This document shows positions 57,263 to 64,000 of a stretch of DNA of 64,000 nt, piece after piece. The DNA is from a bacterium (GTDB taxonomy: Bacteria; Zixibacteria; MSB-5A5; GN15; FEB-12). Below the pieces are notes generated by a model. It saw only the letters and a list, made by a program, of their open reading frames with translations. It had not been told where the DNA came from and made no database searches. A program made the translations under genes and the position numbers. The stretch lies in NCBI GenBank assembly GCA_043811375.1, contig JBDRNJ010000083.1:1-64000 (forward strand). Reading direction: 5' to 3'. How positions within the stretch are numbered: the stretch's first letter is position 1; each line of letters opens with the position of its first letter.

Positions 57263-57670
57263 GTGAAGATACTCGGACGGCACCTTATTGTAGAATTGAC
57301 CGGCTGTGACACCGGAATTCTGGACAATCAGGAATTGCTGGAGCAATACCTCAAGGAGGCGGTCCGATTATCGGGAGCGACAATTGTGAACTCGGTTTTC
57401 CACCGCTACAACCCACATGGCATCTCCGGGGTGGTGCTTATTGCCGAATCACATCTGTCGATTCACACCTGGCCAGAATACAGCTACGCCGCTGTTGATT
57501 TCTTCACTTGCGGAGAGAGTGTTGATCCCTACAAGGCTTTCACCTTCATCAAGGACCGACTCGGCGCCGTCAATTCGCAGATCAGGGAGATCAAACGCGG
57601 GATGCCTTCCCCGACCGATCAGCTAATCAGCCATAAGCCCGCTCCGCAGCAGGCCGGCGCGGCTACCTGA
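57263..57670 (+). CDS. speD: S-adenosylmethionine decarboxylase proenzyme
   Basis: GRHL, GISGVVLIAESHLSIHTWPE, DFFTCG. Confidence 0.92.
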   Translation: MKILGRHLIVELTGCDTGILDNQELLEQYLKEAVRLSGATIVNSVFHRYNPHGISGVVLIAESHLSIHTWPEYSYAAVDFFTCGESVDPYKAFTFIKDRLGAVNSQIREIKRGMPSPTDQLISHKPAPQQAGAAT

Positions 57671-57683
57671 GAAAGAACCTGCC

Positions 57684-58853
57684 ATGACTTACTCAATAAA
57701 TCTCTCAGCCATTGAGCGGCGTTTCCCATTGCGGGGAATCCAACCCGGACTGTTGCGGGACCTGTTATCCCGGCGGGATTTGACCACTCCACTGCTGCTG
57801 CTGTCACGCTCCGAAGTTAGCCGCAACTACCGGGCGCTCAAAGAGGCTCTGCCGCGAGCAGAAATTCACTACGCGGTGAAGCCCAACAACCATAGCGCGG
57901 TGCTGGCGGAGGTGTATCAACAGGCAGGTAATTTCGATGTCTGCTCGGCCGGTGAGATTGACATCGTTGAAAGAACCGGGATCAATCCGGCTACGCTGAT
58001 TCATTCCCACCCGGTAAAATCACCCGATGAGTTCGATTACGCCGTCGGCAGGGATCTTGAGATATTTGTGGTAGACAACGTCGAAGAAATAAGCAAATTA
58101 GCGCGCTACCCCGATCGCAGGCTCAAAATCCTGGTGCGTTTCCGCATTCACATCAACACCCGCGCTGTGGTTAATCTCCAGTACAAGTTCGGCTGTACAA
58201 TGAAAGAAGTGCTGCCGTTAGCCAGACTGATCGAGCAGACCGGTCACGAATTCTACGGACTCTGTTTCCATATCGGCTCCCAGTGTGTCCACAGCGAGAA
58301 CTACGTCAAAGCTATAAAGGCTGCCCAAGAACTTATTAATGAACTTGATCTGGTCGGACTCAATGTTCGACTACTGGACATCGGCGGCGGTTTCCCGGTC
58401 GAGTATGTCCAGCCGGTGCCGCCCATCGAGGAATTCTGTCAGCCAATCGAAAAAGCTCTGCACCGTCATATCAGACCGGGGATCCGGGTTATCAGTGAAC
58501 CGGGGCGCTTTATTGCCGCCACCCCGGTAACACTGATTACAACCGTGGTGGGCAAATCGCTTCGGGACGGCAAAATCTGGTACTACCTTGACGACGGCCT
58601 TTACTCAACTTTCTCGGGCATCTTGTACGATCGGTGCCGGTATCCAATCATCACCACCCGCGACGGCTCTAGTAAGCTTTCGGTGCTGGCCGGTCCCACC
58701 TGTGATTCATTTGATGTAATGTATGACGGTTTGATGATTCCCGAGCATGAAGTGGGTGATCGGATAGTCTTCGCCGCCACCGGGGCTTACTGTCACGTGT
58801 CCGGTTCCGGTTTCAACGCCTTGCGCCGGCCCGAGTACCTGGTGATCGAGTAG
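57684..58853 (+). CDS. Fold-III PLP ornithine/lysine decarboxylase
   Basis: YAVKPN, KFG, FHIGSQ, LDIGGGFP, EPGR, GPTCDSFD. Confidence 0.92.
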   Translation: MTYSINLSAIERRFPLRGIQPGLLRDLLSRRDLTTPLLLLSRSEVSRNYRALKEALPRAEIHYAVKPNNHSAVLAEVYQQAGNFDVCSAGEIDIVERTGINPATLIHSHPVKSPDEFDYAVGRDLEIFVVDNVEEISKLARYPDRRLKILVRFRIHINTRAVVNLQYKFGCTMKEVLPLARLIEQTGHEFYGLCFHIGSQCVHSENYVKAIKAAQELINELDLVGLNVRLLDIGGGFPVEYVQPVPPIEEFCQPIEKALHRHIRPGIRVISEPGRFIAATPVTLITTVVGKSLRDGKIWYYLDDGLYSTFSGILYDRCRYPIITTRDGSSKLSVLAGPTCDSFDVMYDGLMIPEHEVGDRIVFAATGAYCHVSGSGFNALRRPEYLVIE

Positions 58854-58861
58854 GCTGCACT

Positions 58862-59752
58862 ATGAAAAAAAAAATCGAGGACATGTACGTCAGGGAAGAT
58901 GGGATGCACGACCTGTGGAACGTCTGGTACAGCGAACTGCATAACGGACTGTCCGGGCTCACAGTAAAAGTGGAGCGTATCATAGAATCAACGGAATCGG
59001 AGTTTCAGCGGATAGACGTGCTGGAGACCAAGGATTTCGGCAAAATGCTGGCCCTTTATGGTTCGCTGATGGTGTGCGACAACGACAACAACTCCTATAA
59101 CGAGATGCTGGCTCACGTCCCGCTGTTTGTCCATCCGGCTCCCGCTAAAGTGCTCATCATCGGCGGCGGTGACTGCGGCACCCTGACGGAAGTGATGCGG
59201 CATCCGGAAGTTCAGGCGTGCACCATGTGTGAGATCGACCGGCAGGTCGTGCAGACGGCTCGCAAGCACTTCCCTTATCTTACCGCCGGGCTGGATGATC
59301 CCCGGGCCACGGTCGTATATCAGGACGGCCAGGATTTCATCCGCAATACCGATCAACGTTTCGATGTCATTCTGCTGGACCTGTCGGACCCGGTCGGCCC
59401 GGCGGCTGATCTGTTCCAGAAGGCTTTCCATCAGAAAGTACGGGATCGGCTCAATGACGATGGTATTATGGTGGCGCAATCGGAGTCGCCATTTTACAAC
59501 CATGAAACGGTGCGGACGATATTCACCAACCTGCGCCAGATATTCCCGGTGGTGAAGATGTACACCTGTTATATGCCTATCTACCCCTCGGGAATATGGT
59601 CGTTCGCGTTCTGTAGTAAGAAGTACGATCCCCTGCGGGACTTCGATGAAGAGCGCTACGCCCGCCTGAAACTGACAACACGCTATTACAACGCCGAGAC
59701 CCACCGGGGGTCATTCCTGCTGCCTCAGTTTATCAAGAAGCTGGTGGAATAG
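58862..59752 (+). CDS. speE: Spermidine synthase / aminopropyltransferase
   Basis: YNEMLAH, IIGGGDCG..EV, EID, LDLSDPVGPA. Confidence 0.95.
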   Translation: MKKKIEDMYVREDGMHDLWNVWYSELHNGLSGLTVKVERIIESTESEFQRIDVLETKDFGKMLALYGSLMVCDNDNNSYNEMLAHVPLFVHPAPAKVLIIGGGDCGTLTEVMRHPEVQACTMCEIDRQVVQTARKHFPYLTAGLDDPRATVVYQDGQDFIRNTDQRFDVILLDLSDPVGPAADLFQKAFHQKVRDRLNDDGIMVAQSESPFYNHETVRTIFTNLRQIFPVVKMYTCYMPIYPSGIWSFAFCSKKYDPLRDFDEERYARLKLTTRYYNAETHRGSFLLPQFIKKLVE

Positions 59753-59772
59753 GCGGCATCGCCACTTTTATC

Positions 59773-59920
59773 GGTGGGAGACAAGCCCCCACCCTACGGA
59801 GCAACATAACAAACATCATAGCGAGGAGCGTAGCGATGTGGCTATCTCGTTGACATTCAATATCTGAGATTGCCACGCTGTCGTTTGCATTGACGAGAAT
59901 GGGACTTTTTCAACAAGCCC
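59773..59920. repeat. Stack of REP/MITE-like palindromes between convergent genes
   Basis: GTAG-type REP (minus, 59773-97); GCGAGGAGCG..ATCTC/GAGATTGCCACG..TGAC palindrome (59815-94); ACTTTTTCAACAAGCCC IS-end-like motif. Confidence 0.55.
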
Positions 59921-59935
59921 GGCAGCCCCGGTACT

Positions 59936-61999
59936 CTATGGTGAGGTAGCGTCTGCTTTTTCTTCGCGGACGATCCTGTATTTGGGTTCCCGTCCCGCAT
60001 GGGTGAGAAGCAGGTTGATTTCTTCCTTAAGTTCTGTCACCTGTAATTCCCGACCGACCGCAAACTGATTGAAGCGTTTCAGCTCAGACATAGTTCGGTT
60101 GAGGGCTTGTTCCGCCTGCTTACGCTCGGTGATATCTTTATCCACGCCTCGGTAACCCACCAGTTCACCATCTTCATCCAAAACCGGCACACCGTTGGTA
60201 AGCATGCAGATATTCCTGCCGTCTTTTGCCACATTCCAGTTTTCCAGATCAACAATTGGTTTCTTCTCGGCAACTATGGTCGCGAAGATTTTACCGATCC
60301 GCTCGGCCTCTTCATCGGGCATCATGTCAAAGGGTGTCTTACCTATCAGTTCCTCGGGACTGTAGCCAAGAGATTTCTCTGCTTTTCCTGATGCATACGT
60401 GTATCTGCCGTTGACATCAACTTCCCAGATCCAGTCGGCGGTACTCATTGCTACGTCGTAGAAGCGTCTTTCTGATACCCTCAGCGCATCCTCCACGCGC
60501 TTGCGGTCAGTGATATTGATAACCGTAGCGGCCATGTAGCAGGGGTGGTCTTGTTCATCCCTGATCATAACCCCGCTCATCAGGGTTGGGATAACGGTTC
60601 CGTCCTTGCGTTTATGTCCGATCTCCTGGGAGCTGAAGCTGCCGGCTGTTTGCAGTTCCCGAACGATCTCCGTTACTTCTTCCATTTGCTCTTCGTTATG
60701 AAACATGCTCAGGTGCCGGCCCGGGATTTCATCTCTGGAGTAGCCGTGCATCAGAGCCCACCAGTCGTTAACGTAGGTAATATGTCCGTCGAGATCCGCG
60801 ATCATCACCCCGTAGGCGGCATGGTCGACAATTCCCTTGAATTTCGCTGTCTCATTTTCAGCCTGTTTGCGATTGGCAATGTTGCGAACCATGCACAGAA
60901 CCTGATCGCGGTCCAGGGCCGCCAACCTGGCTTCCCAAATACTGAGACCCTTTGGTGTTTCCAGTTCGTATTCCATCGTTTGTGTCACGCCGGTGGTTAA
61001 CGCTCGGTCGATGTTTTCAAGAATCAGTTTGACCTGATGATCGGAAAAACCAGTGTCCCGGATGTTTTTCCCCACGATCTCCGCGGCCGGGATAGCCAGG
61101 TCCTCCTCCCGATCAGCCCGATAATCAAGGTAGGTTCCATTGCGGTCCAGGACAAACATGAGGTCAGACACAGCTTGAAGCAGAGCTTCGTTTCTTTTAA
61201 CACTTTGATGGAACTTCCGCTCGGTCTCATCTCGCTCGGCGATGCGCCGTGAGACGTGATAAGCCCCCACCACCATGCCCAGCACACCCAACAACCACAA
61301 GACCAAGTGGGCGAATATATGGCCGGTAATATGGTTGCGGGAAGCAGCCCTGAGAGGAGCCATGGGAACAGCGACCGATACACCTCCGATAATATCATCT
61401 GCCTGATAGCCTTGATGCCCGTAGTACTTGAGACACGATTTCTCCGCGATAACCGGATGCATCAGACGCAGGTACTGCTCACCGTCAATGGTAGCGAACT
61501 CTGCCACCTCGGTCTCTCCCCGCTGGAACGACTCCAGCGCGCGCTTTTCCCATTCGTCCGGTGCATTCTCGGGCCAAAGCGGCTTCAGGCAGGTGATGTG
61601 ACCCGTAACACCACAAAGCTCGGAGTATTGCTCATACATCTGACGGATCATGTGAGCCGGGCTCATTAGTGTCAGCAGTTGCCCCGATGGAGCCTCAATA
61701 TCGCGGTCGGGGATGTGAGACAGATACTGGTTGGGAGGGGTGCGGTCGTCGGTGGGCACGTAGACACCACCATGCGACGCTGCCCAGAATCGGAGGGCCC
61801 GGTCCTTGTTCAGGTAGGCCCGACCCTCGGCTCTCGCGATATCCATGAGTTGTTGCTCATTCTGGTGCAGACTCCATACCATGAATATGCTGATAACGAT
61901 CGTCCAGAGAGTAACCAGCGTCCACGCATAACGCCTTACCTGCGATCGCTGACCACCGGGCATGGGTTGGGTTTGAGTTTTGTCCGTGTCTTCCACCAC
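59936..61999 (-). CDS. Membrane sensor: DUF3365-like periplasmic domain + 3 PAS, no kinase/cyclase output
   Basis: HGGVYVP, NAPDEWE..AL; PAS/PAC motifs; C-terminal FNQFAVGRELQVTELKEEIN. Confidence 0.85.
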   Translation of the reverse strand: MVEDTDKTQTQPMPGGQRSQVRRYAWTLVTLWTIVISIFMVWSLHQNEQQLMDIARAEGRAYLNKDRALRFWAASHGGVYVPTDDRTPPNQYLSHIPDRDIEAPSGQLLTLMSPAHMIRQMYEQYSELCGVTGHITCLKPLWPENAPDEWEKRALESFQRGETEVAEFATIDGEQYLRLMHPVIAEKSCLKYYGHQGYQADDIIGGVSVAVPMAPLRAASRNHITGHIFAHLVLWLLGVLGMVVGAYHVSRRIAERDETERKFHQSVKRNEALLQAVSDLMFVLDRNGTYLDYRADREEDLAIPAAEIVGKNIRDTGFSDHQVKLILENIDRALTTGVTQTMEYELETPKGLSIWEARLAALDRDQVLCMVRNIANRKQAENETAKFKGIVDHAAYGVMIADLDGHITYVNDWWALMHGYSRDEIPGRHLSMFHNEEQMEEVTEIVRELQTAGSFSSQEIGHKRKDGTVIPTLMSGVMIRDEQDHPCYMAATVINITDRKRVEDALRVSERRFYDVAMSTADWIWEVDVNGRYTYASGKAEKSLGYSPEELIGKTPFDMMPDEEAERIGKIFATIVAEKKPIVDLENWNVAKDGRNICMLTNGVPVLDEDGELVGYRGVDKDITERKQAEQALNRTMSELKRFNQFAVGRELQVTELKEEINLLLTHAGREPKYRIVREEKADATSP

Positions 62000-62269
62000 T
62001 GCTACCTTCAGAATGACCCTGTCTCGATCGCCGACTCAGAGCCAGCGCAGCTTCTCTGTGTAAAACCTGTGTCTCTTCGAATGAGCCAGTATCCTAATTG
62101 TCGGCCAACAGCGACAATGATTCACCTGCCGCACTCGTCAACGGAAAACGCTCCAGGACATCTGTGGATCCAACGCTGTTCAGATATTGAACATTTCCCG
62201 GAAGAAAAGCATCGATAAGTTGTAATCCCTTCAGAAGGAAACAAGAACCATTAGACCTGGAGGTGGATT

Positions 62270-64000
62270 ATGCGCACCAGAACCAGACTTTCGCTGCTTC
62301 TCCTGGTAGCGTCTCTGATTGTTGTCAACGCCCTGATCTGGGCCGGTACCACCGGCCGTATCGAGGGTATCGTCACCGACGGGGAAACCGGGCAACCGGT
62401 TTCGGGGGCGTCGGTACAGATAGTGGGCACCATGCTCGGCGACATGACCGATACCGACGGCAAGTACAACATCAAAGGTGTCGAACCAGGTATTTATACG
62501 CTTCGCGTGACCCACGTACATTATCAAAGGACCGAAATCGCGGTTGTGCAGGTGGCATCGGATTCGACGACGGAAGTGCTCTTCTCCCTTGAGAAAGGCA
62601 GTACCGAACATGAGAAGATCGTTGTGAGAGCCGAGTGCGATGCACTGAAGTCAAATGAAGCGCAATCGACGCTAACGATTCCCTGCCTGCCTTCACCCAA
62701 CATTTCTAACAAGAAAAACGAGATGAGCATGCGAGGATATTGCGGCAGTACCTCTCTCGGCTTTCCGCCCGCCCACGGCGGAAGCTCGATTGTCAACGGT
62801 GAGCCGTTTGACGCCATGTTCTTCAAACATCACGGGGTCAACCCGTTCGTCGACACCGAGGACGACCATCTCTCCACGTTTGCTGTCGACGTGGACGACG
62901 CCTCATACGTGATGACCCGCTCCTACCTCAACCGGGGGTATCTGCCGCCTGAGGACGCTGTTCGCACCGAGGAGTTTGTCAACCATTTCTCTTACAATTA
63001 CGACGCCCCGGACAAACACCCTTTTGCAGTCTTCCTGGAGGGCGCCCCCTCGCGTTTTGGAGAAAACTGCCGGCTGCTGAAAATCGGCATCAAGGGTTGC
63101 CGGATCGAGCCGGAAAACAGGAAACCAGCCAACCTGGTGTTTGTCATTGACGTGTCCGGATCGATGGCCCGCGAGGACAGGCTAAGCCTGGTCAAAAAAG
63201 CTCTGCGGCTGCTGGTAGATGAACTCAGGGCCGACGACCGGGTAGGTATTGTGGTCTACGGCTCGCGTGGACGTGAGGTACTGCGACCGACTTCGGTCGA
63301 GCGTCGGCATGATATCGTGGCTGCCATTGAAAGCCTCTGTTCGGGTGGCTCCACCAACGCCGAGGAAGGCCTGCGCCTCGGGTACGAAATGGCCCGAAAG
63401 TGCTTTGAGAAGAGTAAGATCAACCGGGTGATTCTCTGCTCCGACGGCGTCGCCAACGTCGGCCGCACTGGTCCTGACGAAATGCTCAAGCAGATCAAAG
63501 AGTACGCGCGACAAGGCATCACACTGACGACGGTCGGCTTCAGCATGGGCAACTTCAACGACATCCTGATGGAAAAACTGGGCGACAAAGGTAACGGTCA
63601 CTATGCCTATGTCGACAATCTGCCCGAGGCGCGGCGCATTTTCGTCGACAACCTGACCGGCACCCTGCAGGTGATTGCTCGCGACGTCAAGATACAGGTT
63701 GATTTCAATCCGAAGGTAGTGCGCAGCTATCGCCTGCTGGGTTATGAAAACCGTGACGTGGCTGATGACAAGTTCCGTGATGACAAGGAAGACGGGGGTG
63801 AAATCGGGTCGGGACACGAAGTCACGGCACTTTATGAAATCAAGTTCCATAAATCCGTCTCAACGACGAAAGTCGGTACTGTCTTCATCCGGTACAAAGA
63901 CCCTGACTCGGGTGAAGTAACTGAAACCAGTCACACTATCACCGGCAGCATGTTCGGTCGCGATTTCGCACAGGCTTCACCTGAGTTCAAACTGGCCGCA
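62270..64000 (+). CDS. Secreted YfbK-like vWA protein with N-terminal carboxypeptidase-regulatory-like domain (3'-truncated by the window)
   Basis: Absent from the ORF track. GGAGG RBS; MRTRTRLSLLLL..GRIEGIVTD; STFAVDVD.ASY; NLVFVIDVSGSM; SDGVANVG; YRLLGYENR. Confidence 0.92.
   Translation, partial: MRTRTRLSLLLLVASLIVVNALIWAGTTGRIEGIVTDGETGQPVSGASVQIVGTMLGDMTDTDGKYNIKGVEPGIYTLRVTHVHYQRTEIAVVQVASDSTTEVLFSLEKGSTEHEKIVVRAECDALKSNEAQSTLTIPCLPSPNISNKKNEMSMRGYCGSTSLGFPPAHGGSSIVNGEPFDAMFFKHHGVNPFVDTEDDHLSTFAVDVDDASYVMTRSYLNRGYLPPEDAVRTEEFVNHFSYNYDAPDKHPFAVFLEGAPSRFGENCRLLKIGIKGCRIEPENRKPANLVFVIDVSGSMAREDRLSLVKKALRLLVDELRADDRVGIVVYGSRGREVLRPTSVERRHDIVAAIESLCSGGSTNAEEGLRLGYEMARKCFEKSKINRVILCSDGVANVGRTGPDEMLKQIKEYARQGITLTTVGFSMGNFNDILMEKLGDKGNGHYAYVDNLPEARRIFVDNLTGTLQVIARDVKIQVDFNPKVVRSYRLLGYENRDVADDKFRDDKEDGGEIGSGHEVTALYEIKFHKSVSTTKVGTVFIRYKDPDSGEVTETSHTITGSMFGRDFAQASPEFKLAA

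Noticed and set aside
58865..58874. A10 run after the speE ATG as a phase-variation tract
   Set aside because: In frame (KKKI); Lys-rich starts are common, and downstream in-frame ATGs could bypass it
58988..59704. 238-aa - strand ORF
   Set aside because: Antisense shadow of speE
63182..63850. 222-aa - strand ORF and other short ORFs at 62.2-63.9 kb
   Set aside because: Shadows of the + strand vWA gene starting at 62270

Overview
The window has three blocks and appears to come from a diderm bacterium (it encodes Omp85/TamB, beta-barrel proteins and lipoproteins); taxonomy cannot be fixed from sequence alone. (1) 1-17.7 kb: nested IS ends, then an ion/osmo-homeostasis cluster (LapA-like protein, nhaA, diadenylate cyclase, three MscS channels, tamB-Omp85, corA, OMP, CNNM/DUF21, kup). 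(2) 17.8-25.6 kb: an integrative element next to tRNA-Ser(GCT). It carries a tyrosine integrase, an excisionase-like HTH, its own sigma-70-family factor, a frameshifted primase-helicase with an iteron-like array, and small ORFs. Two near-identical promoter-like motifs (CCTCCGACA-N15-CCGTATGTACGC) flank the sigma gene divergently, one facing xis and one facing the replication genes. This suggests a sigma-controlled excision/replication switch and is the most novel-looking system here. (3) 25.7-64 kb: probable core chromosome. It holds a minus-strand flagellar cluster (motE-like to fliA, no motAB), followed by three PilZ proteins, an atypical phosphorelay (pseudo-kinase, stand-alone DHp, three receivers) and fapA. 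After that come lpdA, an OMP/lipoprotein pair, an XRE-cupin-led polyamine synthesis operon, an output-less PAS sensor and a vWA protein that runs off the end. Sigma54, sigma28 and CsrA-type sites are visible in the flagellar region. All calls come from reading motifs by eye; no searches were run.
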